Assembly (NCBI GenBank): GCA_022824265.1
Contig: JAJEAG010000024.1
Span: forward strand, 27,521-91,520
Direction of reading: 5' to 3'
Source: Candidatus Poribacteria bacterium
GTDB lineage: Bacteria; Poribacteria; WGA-4E; WGA-3G
DNA length: 64,000 nt
Shown here piece by piece: positions 10,109-18,136 of this stretch (position 1 is the first letter of the stretch; every line of letters begins with the position of its first letter). The translations under genes and the position numbers were made by a program. The notes under the pieces are model-generated. The model was not told where the DNA came from and searched no databases. It saw only the letters and a list, made by a program, of their open reading frames with translations.

Positions 10109-11185
10109 TCATTCCTCCTGGATTTCCATGACATCACGAGCAAAGAATCCACCGCGTGCCTGTGAGTAATAAACAAGTTTGTATGTGCGAGATAATTTTT
10201 CGTTCACTAAACGAATAGTACTGAACACCTGCGCCAAATCCCAAAGTAAATAATGTACAGGGGTTAGTAACCACCTTTTATTGTAGGAATCGTATCGTAC
10301 CGAACTCATCTCCTTACGCATAGAGGGAACACTGATGTGGAGACTGTCTTGGTTTTCTAAGGTTGCCAGAGAAGCCATATCTTTATCTCCTGTGAGCAAG
10401 TAGACTCCTTTTTGTATTCCTCGACTCTGCTTGAAATCTTTCAAACTTTCAATAATCAGGCGGTCATTCTTTGAATCAATTTTGATCTGATCTAAATGTT
10501 GAGGAATACTCCTTAGGATTTCTACAGGTCTCCATAGACGAATGTGACTCAATTCCCTACTAATACATGAAACTTGTGGACGCTTTTCCAAAACACGGTA
10601 TTTAGCGATGTTTGGGTTAGTGCCTCTTCCGCTTTTTTTCCAGATTTCATTCATCTCATATACTTGTTGTTGTATTTCAGTCATCACGAAAACCGGAACA
10701 ACCGTCCATATTGGCACAGTACGTAGTGTCATATGCAAAAAAGAAGAAATTGCTCTCCGTAAGGCACCGGTGTCCACGACGAATGTTAAATATCCATGTT
10801 TTGAAAGTTGTCTCATTACCTCAAGGAATTCTAATTCAATAGTTTGTTCTTCCATTAAGCAAAACTTTGGACATAGAAGTCCTGTTCGTAGCATACTGTC
10901 CGCGAGTTGATCCCAAATAAGTTTTCTTGCTTGATCTGCTATATTTTCTTTGGAGGATAATTCAGAAAAACGAGATTTAATATCTTGATTAGCTACAGGT
11001 GCAAAAGTAAAAGGTAGAATTGGATATTCTCGTGCTGTTTTATCGGATTCATCAATTGTAATATAAGCCAACTTAATATAATTACAATTTTCAAGATGAG
11101 TCCCGTCTGTATAAGATACCTCCCATTTTCCCCAAAAAGGATATTCGGCTATAAACTCATCAAGTTTTAGTAGTCGTTTACCCAT
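10109..11185 (-). CDS. Hypothetical protein with a putative PIN-like nuclease domain
   Basis: Spacing of acidic residues matches a PIN core: LTFVVDTGALRR, VPVFVMTEIQQ, NDRLIIESL, VYLLTGDKDM. The N-terminal ~130 aa is unknown. Confidence 0.4.
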   Translation of the reverse strand: MGKRLLKLDEFIAEYPFWGKWEVSYTDGTHLENCNYIKLAYITIDESDKTAREYPILPFTFAPVANQDIKSRFSELSSKENIADQARKLIWDQLADSMLRTGLLCPKFCLMEEQTIELEFLEVMRQLSKHGYLTFVVDTGALRRAISSFLHMTLRTVPIWTVVPVFVMTEIQQQVYEMNEIWKKSGRGTNPNIAKYRVLEKRPQVSCISRELSHIRLWRPVEILRSIPQHLDQIKIDSKNDRLIIESLKDFKQSRGIQKGVYLLTGDKDMASLATLENQDSLHISVPSMRKEMSSVRYDSYNKRWLLTPVHYLLWDLAQVFSTIRLVNEKLSRTYKLVYYSQARGGFFARDVMEIQEE

Positions 11186-11591
11186 CAGAAATTCTCACTT
11201 TGTAGTCAGTACGCTGGTGGTGGTTCTGCAAGATTTCCTGTACAACAGCGGTTAAAATTGTGCTTGATTTCAACGCTGGCCTGGAAATTTTGTCTTCAAA
11301 TTCCTCACTAGATACTTCCATATCTGTTTGTATATCTTTAAATACAGAAAATACCTGCTTTTTTAACGGATCGGGTAAATAGAAATCTACTTCTTCAGGA
11401 TTTGAAAATGTAGGCATTTTAGTTTCAGGGTCTTTTGAATCCAAATTCACGACCTTATCTAAGAGAGAATCCAAATGAATTATTATTTCATTTTCATTTC
11501 TCCATTGTTGAAAGTCAAGAATAGAAAGATCTGGTACAGAATAAATCTCAACTACTTCTTGTGTTGAGGGATTAATAATTTCTAATTTCAT
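11178..11591 (-). CDS. Hypothetical protein, 137 aa, operon member
   Basis: ORF overlaps the downstream gene start by 8 nt. No motif recognised. Confidence 0.45.
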   Translation of the reverse strand: MKLEIINPSTQEVVEIYSVPDLSILDFQQWRNENEIIIHLDSLLDKVVNLDSKDPETKMPTFSNPEEVDFYLPDPLKKQVFSVFKDIQTDMEVSSEEFEDKISRPALKSSTILTAVVQEILQNHHQRTDYKVRISDG

Positions 11592-11622
11592 CTATGTTCC
11601 ATTTTGCAAAAGTGTGTGAATC

Positions 11623-12066
11623 CTATTCCCATAACCATTTTTTTAACTGAGTCTGTCTTTTGCCTATCACTCCGTGTGTAAAAACGGACCTTGTAGGCAT
11701 TGGAATCTTATGTTTCAAATCCTCAAATGCCTTCTGGTAGGTCCTTCCAAGTACAAAGCAAATTGAAGCATGATTTTTTCGAAGAATGTCTGAAAAAGTT
11801 GTTTTGATTTGAGGCTGCAACTCAACTACCCGTGAGAAGTTCATCTTTTGATCATAGAATTCAGTTTGAAAATCTGCTGGAATAAGTCCATAATATGCAG
11901 ATAAGATGTAAACATCCAACCATTCTGCCTTGAGCGGACATTCACGAAGAAAACGTCGTAAAACAAAAAATAGTGGACCGTTATATCTTTCAATTGCCGG
12001 CAACTGTTCTTGTGAAGTGTTTTTGCGTTGTGAACAAGATAAAATCAGCAAACGTTGACTGTTCAT
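11623..12066 (-). CDS. Small hypothetical protein with a YaaA/DUF328-like N-terminal motif, first gene of the operon
   Basis: LLILSCSQRKN...PAIERYNGPLFFVL is reminiscent of the YaaA N-terminus (MLILISPAKTL...RY). It is much shorter (147 aa), so similarity is tentative. Confidence 0.4.
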   Translation of the reverse strand: MNSQRLLILSCSQRKNTSQEQLPAIERYNGPLFFVLRRFLRECPLKAEWLDVYILSAYYGLIPADFQTEFYDQKMNFSRVVELQPQIKTTFSDILRKNHASICFVLGRTYQKAFEDLKHKIPMPTRSVFTHGVIGKRQTQLKKWLWE

Positions 12067-12339
12067 AATATCTCTATTGCAAATGCAGAATCATGTTAGA
12101 TATATATACCGTAAGTACCGTAAGTGTATATATTGTAAACTACACACATTATTTTTTCAAGTAGAAAATATGTCTATAAGGTAAAATGATAGAAATAAGG
12201 ATGGGATTCACTTAACTGATCACAATTCACGGTATTCTCCTTTAAACACTTTTCTGACATGCCAACCGATAATTTCTTCCTCTGGATAATAGGATCGTCT
12301 TTGCGGTAAAGTAATTCTTATACCATAAAAATCCATAAG

Positions 12340-13006
12340 TCATTCCTGAAATCCTGTTGTCCCGTGTGCATCATCGGAAGCCAAAATTATTCTCTTTTTA
12401 GATAATGTGAATGTACCACGGTCAAACAGTTTTTGATGTGAACTGTGAGTCAGCCTATTACCATCTGCTATGACATACATTTAGAACGATAATGTATCTC
12501 ATATTATCTTAAGAATGTAATTCAATTCCTACTGCATGTATAACTTCTTTATATTTCGATTCATGAAACGTTCTTTCCAACATCATTTGAGTGACCTCAA
12601 TATGTAAAGTAGGATCACTGAGGAATTGTTCTATAATCGCTTCATGAAAACCACCAGATACATTGTTATCATGAAGTTCTCTTGGTTTTACATTACCCGA
12701 TACATCCTCTTCAATACTGTCAGCATTTGTCACAAACCATACACAGTATTTCTTTAAACGCCAAAATGGATCATGAGTTCCTTTATTTGTTTTTCTGGGA
12801 CCAAACTTTTTTAACAATTTACCAAACGATTCCTCAATTTCTGCGTATGTATGTATTCGTTGTTCATTATTTATTAATTTCCCGATTGCATACAAAACCA
12901 ATAATGGCCTATGAGGTGAAATTACCCCATTACGTTTAAATGGTTTAATTCTATCAAACAATTCAATTATTGTATCTCTGTCCATTTGCATCAGTAACCT
13001 CCCCAA
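12340..13006 (-). pseudogene. Disrupted restriction-type HNH endonuclease
   Basis: ORF 12509..13006 encodes only the N-terminal domain (SPHRPLLVLYAIGKLIN) typical of McrA-like HNH restriction enzymes. Downstream, out of frame (12480..12340), is ...NRLTHSSHQKLFDRGTFTL, matching the HNH C-terminal H..FDRG motif. The intervening catalytic His segment is missing. Confidence 0.5.
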
Positions 13007-13008
13007 AA

Positions 13009-13431
13009 TTACTTATGACATATCAAACAAGGATCTTCATCATCCTCATCATCGTGTACATCGGTAAGGATTTCTATGAGTCGCCGATTTGGTTTTTCCT
13101 TTTTCTTAGAAGTCTTTGCCTTTTCAGTATTTTCCTTAATTTGTTTAATCCGTTTAGGATCTGCAAGTTCCTCCAAACTTTCACCCTGACTCCACGTGAA
13201 CCGTTCGCCTGTCTCACCTTTAGCAAGTTCAAAAAGGTCTGGATGTTGCTCCAAGAGTCCCACCCATTCAGATTTGCGTTGGAAAAAGCAGAAGTAGCAG
13301 CCGGAACGTGTGCGCCACTTGTAATAGTCGGGCAAACCGAGTCCACTTTCCTCAAGGATTTGGAAAACGTCATCTGCTGAACTATCTTTACCACCAGATA
13401 GACCGAGAAGATGTCGTATTTTTTCTGCCAA
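13009..13431 (-). CDS. Truncated PP-loop ATP pyrophosphatase (PAPS-reductase/DndC/QueC-like), probable remnant
   Basis: SGGKDS PP-loop at residues 12-17, followed within 25 aa by a Cys cluster (WRTRSGCYFCFF) that normally lies ~150 aa further on. Acidic C-terminal tail ends in CLICHK. 140 aa total. Confidence 0.45.
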   Translation of the reverse strand: MAEKIRHLLGLSGGKDSSADDVFQILEESGLGLPDYYKWRTRSGCYFCFFQRKSEWVGLLEQHPDLFELAKGETGERFTWSQGESLEELADPKRIKQIKENTEKAKTSKKKEKPNRRLIEILTDVHDDEDDEDPCLICHK

Positions 13432-13448
13432 TCCTGTCCCTCTGAGAT

Positions 13449-13709
13449 TTAATGTAAAACTGCGTTGTTTTCTTTTGTGACGCGAATTAGAAGTCGTAAA
13501 GCTTCGTTTACAGATGCAGCATCTGGAAACACTTCAGCAACGTCGGGTTCTAATTGGATAACAAGTTTACCACCAAAGGATTTACGTCCGGGACCTACCT
13601 TCCGCAATCGTAACTTTTTCAAGTCATATTCGGGCAAAAGATCGTCTTGCATCTTTGCTTTATCCTTCTTCATAATCTTTCCTTTCCTGCGGAGTTGCTT
13701 TTCTTGCAC
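13449..13709 (-). CDS. brnA: BrnA-family antitoxin (ribbon-helix-helix)
   Basis: DDLLPEYDL...KVGPGRK...VIQLEPDVAEVFPDAASVNEALRLLI matches the BrnA antitoxin pattern. It overlaps the brnT stop. The true start is probably an internal Met (13673 or 13652). Confidence 0.65.
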   Translation of the reverse strand: MQEKQLRRKGKIMKKDKAKMQDDLLPEYDLKKLRLRKVGPGRKSFGGKLVIQLEPDVAEVFPDAASVNEALRLLIRVTKENNAVLH

Positions 13710-13932
13710 TAATCAAACGAGTCTTATTACCTCTTTCAGAATATGCTACCATTAATACTCGATTTTGTGCTGATAGTCCGATGATAAGATACCTTTCCTC
13801 CTCAATAGAGTGATTTGGATCATCAAACACAACAAAAAGAGGATCTTCAAATACCGTTTTTGCTTCATTAAATGACACACCATGTTTTGATTGGTTCGCA
13901 GCATCTTTATTTGTATTCCATTCAAAATCCAT
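13660..13932 (-). CDS. brnT: BrnT-family toxin (DUF497 ribonuclease)
   Basis: MDFEWNTNKDAANQSKHGVSFNEAKTVFEDP is the canonical BrnT N-terminus. Confidence 0.75.
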   Translation of the reverse strand: MDFEWNTNKDAANQSKHGVSFNEAKTVFEDPLFVVFDDPNHSIEEERYLIIGLSAQNRVLMVAYSERGNKTRLISARKATPQERKDYEEG

Positions 13933-14215
13933 TCAAACTGTCCTAATAGCATAAACCAAGCCACCTAAGATTTTCCATACAATTTATTATAGCATATACA
14001 CCAGAAAATAGCAATGTAAGTATTATGCACGGTGTAAAGTTTTTTGCTTTGTCTGAACCAGAATTATCAGACAATAATTGTTTATAATTGCTATTTCACT
14101 AACCACCCATCCTGTTTTCTGTCCGATTAAGTATAGCCTGAGAATAGACATTTAGTTGAGAAGTAACCAATCCTGAAAATCCTATAATCCTGTAAATCCT
14201 GGTTCAGACAATAAA

Positions 14216-14736
14216 TATGGGCGCGGAAACCCATCCACGTAATCCGTGTACTCCTCTCCCACACATATTAACCACAATTCCACAAAAACACATAAAACAT
14301 ATTGGATATATATTGTTTCCAAACCCAAAAACTCCACAATCCCAATCAATCACAAGATATAATAATACGCAAACCAAAAGCAGCAGACAAACTCCATAAA
14401 GGAACAAAACCAGCACCGAACACCAAAAAAAACAACTAAACGGTATGGTTTTAGTTGTTTTTTTTAAATTGCAAGACAAAACAAAACTGCTACAAACCCG
14501 CATTACTACGCCATCGAAGGCACTATACAAAAAATTACAAAAAAACAACTAAAAAACAACTAAAATTATATTTCAATCTGAATATATTGATAAATTGCAC
14601 CAAAAATTTCAAAAACCAAATATCATTTCCACCACATGAATTACATTTGACAACTTTCACAAAACCATGCTATCATAATCGCAATAATTTCCGAGACCGA
14701 ACACATTACATCAGACACGCACAAGGAGCAAGAAAA
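14216..14736 (+). repeat. CA-rich, G-depleted ~0.5-kb non-coding element (copy A). It contains an internal bidirectional hairpin at 14431-14466.
   Basis: Almost no G on the + strand over ~500 nt. AACAACTAAA-cggtatggt-TTTAGTTGTT hairpin flanked by A- and T-runs. Colinear matches to the inverted copy at 55380-55800. Confidence 0.5.
14647..14676 (+). promoter_or_regulatory. Sigma70-like promoter (TTGACA-18-TATCAT) upstream of the small ORF and SBP gene
   Basis: TTGACA at 14647-14652 and TATCAT at 14671-14676. It lies ~60 nt upstream of the RBS+ATG at 14737. Confidence 0.35.
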
Positions 14737-14877
14737 TGAATCAAAGGAAACCACGAACTTTCTTCAAACAGAAGAACATAAAATTGATGATAGCGTGGTA
14801 TATACTATTACTCGGAGGAATCGTGATTTTAATATGGAAGTTGCCTGCACTTGTTTCATTGATATAACCACAATAAT
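14737..14877 (+). CDS. Small hydrophobic membrane peptide (46 aa), absent from the ORF track
   Basis: AAGGAGCAAGAAA RBS then ATG. MNQRKPRTFFKQKNIKLMIAWYILLLGGIVILIWKLPALVSLI* has one transmembrane helix. A counterpart ORF sits in the inverted homologous region at 55167..55352. Confidence 0.4.
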
Positions 14878-14914
14878 TCGCTTACTCAGGAAAGATTAGA
14901 GGAGTATTCAGCAA

Positions 14915-16291
14915 ATGTCCTACTTTTATTCGCTTACATCTACAATAAGAACAACACTAATCCCATCGTTAGGTATACTACTTTGTTTATTACTATTTTG
15001 GCAATGTCAACCATCCGATAAACAGCAAGATCAACTCATCATCATCTCACCACATCCGGAGAGTATTCAGTCAGAATTCGGTGATGGCTTTGAAAAATGG
15101 TACGAAGAACAAACGGGTAAAACAGTCGAAACGGACTGGCGTGATGCTGGTGGAACATCTCGTAACTATAGATTTATTGTGTCTGAGTTTGATAGGATAC
15201 CTGATGGCATAGGTGTTGACATAGTATTTGGTGGTGGGACAGATAATTATCTCCGTTTTGCAGATATGGGGTTGTTGACATCATACAAACTTCCTGATAC
15301 CCAATTAGAAAAGATACCACAGACCTATCATGGCATACCTGTTTACGATGCAGAACACCGATGGTATGGTGCGGTTATGTCAAGTTTTGGAATCATGTAT
15401 AATGAACAACTGCGTGAGTTGCATAAATTACCGAAAGTCACAAGATGGGATGAATTGGGAGATACAGCACTAATCAGTAATATAGGTGCTGCAGATCCAA
15501 GAGAAAGTGGCAGTGCTCACATGGTATATGAGATTATCCTTCAGACACACGGATGGGATAAAGGATTTGCACTTCTCACAAAATTGGGTGCTAATGTCAA
15601 AAAGTTCTCAGCAGGTGCAAATGAAATTCCAAGAGCCGTTGTAAATGGTGATGTAATATATGGATTAGCAATTGATTTTTATGCCTACAGCCAAATTTCA
15701 GTAATAGGAGCAGATAAAATAAAATATGTTCTACCCAAAGATGGGGCAGTGGTCAATCCTGATTCGATCGCTATCCTCAAAGGTGCACCGAATATGGAAG
15801 TAGCGAAAAAATTCATTGAATACGTTCTGTCCGAACAAGCACAAAAACTCTGGATGCTACCGGATACTGACCGTGAAGGACCAAAGTGGACTGGTGGCAT
15901 AAACCGCTCCAGCGTTATTCCTGCCCTTTACGAACAATTGAAAGATCGTTATTTTGTAACCAATCCATTTAGTTCACAGTTAACCCCATTTCCCTATGAT
16001 AGCAATAAAGGGGGTGCGCGTTGGGACATTGTAAATGATCTATTTGGTGTCCTCATTATTGATTCACACACTGACCTAATTGATGCATGGAATGAAATCG
16101 GAAAATGCACAGATGAAAATAAACGTTCAGCAGCAATAGCAGCACTTGTAGAGATGCCGTTAACTGAAGACGAAACCATGAAAATTGCTGAGTCAAATTG
16201 GAATGATCAAGCATTCAGAAACGAAAAGATCAAAGAATGGGGACAATTCGCCAAACAGAAATACAAGAAAGCAAAAGATCTGACAAAATAA
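14915..16291 (+). CDS. Extracellular solute-binding lipoprotein, family 1 (Fe3+ / 2-aminoethylphosphonate / polyamine type)
   Basis: Lipobox-like LLFWQCQ, then IISPHPESIQSEF..W, typical of AfuA/PhnS/PotD-type periplasmic binding proteins. No permease or ATPase gene is adjacent. Confidence 0.55.
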   Translation: MSYFYSLTSTIRTTLIPSLGILLCLLLFWQCQPSDKQQDQLIIISPHPESIQSEFGDGFEKWYEEQTGKTVETDWRDAGGTSRNYRFIVSEFDRIPDGIGVDIVFGGGTDNYLRFADMGLLTSYKLPDTQLEKIPQTYHGIPVYDAEHRWYGAVMSSFGIMYNEQLRELHKLPKVTRWDELGDTALISNIGAADPRESGSAHMVYEIILQTHGWDKGFALLTKLGANVKKFSAGANEIPRAVVNGDVIYGLAIDFYAYSQISVIGADKIKYVLPKDGAVVNPDSIAILKGAPNMEVAKKFIEYVLSEQAQKLWMLPDTDREGPKWTGGINRSSVIPALYEQLKDRYFVTNPFSSQLTPFPYDSNKGGARWDIVNDLFGVLIIDSHTDLIDAWNEIGKCTDENKRSAAIAALVEMPLTEDETMKIAESNWNDQAFRNEKIKEWGQFAKQKYKKAKDLTK

Positions 16292-16360
16292 ACCTGATAG
16301 ATCCATAATCCTGTGAGTTACCTTCATTAAGGTATAAAGGCACTATACAGAAATCAAATC

Positions 16361-17200
16361 ATGATAGTTGAAGAACCCAAAGAAAAATATGACCAATTGA
16401 TAACTGATGGTTATTGTGTAATAGAGAATGTGCTAAAGGAAGATATGCTTTCCAGTTTGCGGAAAGTTACTGACGAACTACTGGATGCACAAACTGACGA
16501 ACAAAAAGATGCCTACCGTTCATCTGGAAGTATGATTAGCGTCTACACACATTCTTTGTTCTCAGAATTAGTTGTCTACCCGCGTGCATTACAGTCTCTT
16601 GACGCTTTAGGATTCCTGCGTCCAAAATGGTCGTCAGGATATGTGATAAGTAAACCTCCACAGAGTCCACCCTTATTTTGGCATCAGGACTGGTGGGGTT
16701 GGGATGACCCATGCAGCTATACGGCATTGCCTCAACAACTTTTTCTAATGTATTATTTGGTAGACACTATTCCGTATAACGGGTGTCTTCGGGTTATCAA
16801 AGGGTCACATCTTAATAGACATCCACTCCATGATTCATTACCCAGTGCACATGCAGCCGAACTACAAAAAGTCGAAAATGAGGAACATCCAGCATTTCAA
16901 CAGTATCCCGATGAGATAGATATCCCAGTGAAGTCAGGTGATTTAGTAATCGGTGATTCACGACTACTCCACGCATCACACGGTAATCAATCAGATGAAC
17001 GGCGGACAGTAATTACCCTTTGGTATCACCCATATTTTGCTCTTTTACCAGAAACTATGCAAGCACATATCGGTAGACTTAGACAGAGTGATACTTGGTC
17101 TGATGCGGATTGGAAACGAATTGAAGAACTCACACCGATTTATGAAGGTAAAGTTGAACCAATGAATTGGAATCGAACACCAGGTCCTGAACTGAAATAG
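16361..17200 (+). CDS. Phytanoyl-CoA dioxygenase (PhyH) family Fe(II)/2-oxoglutarate oxygenase
   Basis: WHQDWW (H-x-D), VIKGSHL and LLHASHGN motifs. Confidence 0.65.
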   Translation: MIVEEPKEKYDQLITDGYCVIENVLKEDMLSSLRKVTDELLDAQTDEQKDAYRSSGSMISVYTHSLFSELVVYPRALQSLDALGFLRPKWSSGYVISKPPQSPPLFWHQDWWGWDDPCSYTALPQQLFLMYYLVDTIPYNGCLRVIKGSHLNRHPLHDSLPSAHAAELQKVENEEHPAFQQYPDEIDIPVKSGDLVIGDSRLLHASHGNQSDERRTVITLWYHPYFALLPETMQAHIGRLRQSDTWSDADWKRIEELTPIYEGKVEPMNWNRTPGPELK

Positions 17201-17295
17201 TAAAGAATCTCTACAGTTGATTATTAGTCTAAGTTGACTATAAAACTATTTTATTTCTAAATAGACATACAAATCTAATGGATAGGAGTCATGTA

Positions 17296-18054
17296 ATGCA
17301 ACATCGTCCTATTTTTCATGATTTTACTTTCGGTGATAAAGAACGGAAACAATTGGATTTAGATGGTCATTATGTGCTGCCCGGACTATTAACGTCGGAT
17401 GCTCAGGAACGATTGACCAAATCATTAGCAAAAGTCCAATCGCTTATTCCTGGTTGCAAAGAGGGACATGAACCCAACCGATTTTCTGCAGAATATGATT
17501 CCTATCTTGAAAGTCTCATTGCCCACCCACAAATGCTTAAACTCGCTCGTGAAGCACTTGGTGAAGATATTCGGTATGATCACTGTGTGAGTCTTAACCG
17601 TCATGGAGGTAATGGAGGCATTGGATGGCATAGCCATGGATACTCAGACGATGATCCGCGCTACGGTTTCCTCCGTATCTTCTTCTATGTCAATGGATTT
17701 GAGGTAGATGATGGTGGATTAAAGGCAGTTCCCGGTAGTCATCTTTACCGAGATGGAAGAATTCACGGTGGAACAGATGATATCCTGAGGGATGGATGGT
17801 TGGCGGGTAAAACCCATCCTGAGACTGGTGAACAGTTACAGATTCAGACCTTGTCGGTGCCAGAAGGAACCGTAATATTAATGTGGACTCATGCAGCACA
17901 TGCTGTATCTCCAAGAAAACCAGACAGCGAAACACGATGGACCGTCGTTTACGCCTATCGTAATCCTGGTAAACCATCTGGCGCACGTTGGATTTCACCC
18001 GAATTTGAACAAAAACCGATTCCCGGTGCAGAAGGTTTAATGTCACTTTATTGA
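17296..18054 (+). CDS. PhyH-family dioxygenase, tandem paralog 1
   Basis: GWHSHGY, VPGSHLYRD and HAAHAV motifs. AGGAG RBS 7 nt before the ATG at 17296. Confidence 0.65.
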   Translation: MQHRPIFHDFTFGDKERKQLDLDGHYVLPGLLTSDAQERLTKSLAKVQSLIPGCKEGHEPNRFSAEYDSYLESLIAHPQMLKLAREALGEDIRYDHCVSLNRHGGNGGIGWHSHGYSDDDPRYGFLRIFFYVNGFEVDDGGLKAVPGSHLYRDGRIHGGTDDILRDGWLAGKTHPETGEQLQIQTLSVPEGTVILMWTHAAHAVSPRKPDSETRWTVVYAYRNPGKPSGARWISPEFEQKPIPGAEGLMSLY

Positions 18055-18136
18055 GGTAATACCTACACGTAACTATTATGAGAATAATTACAAAATAACC
18101 TATGTGCCACTATAAAAAGAATAACATAGGAGATTT

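Noticed and set aside
12106-12125. Direct repeat TACCGTAAG TACCGTAAG
   Set aside because: Only two 9-10-bp units in an AT-rich intergenic stretch, too short to interpret.
13074-13394. 106-aa minus-strand ORF in an alternative frame of the PP-loop gene
   Set aside because: It overlaps the ORF bearing the SGGKDS motif, has no independent signal, and is Lys/Arg-rich out-of-frame translation.
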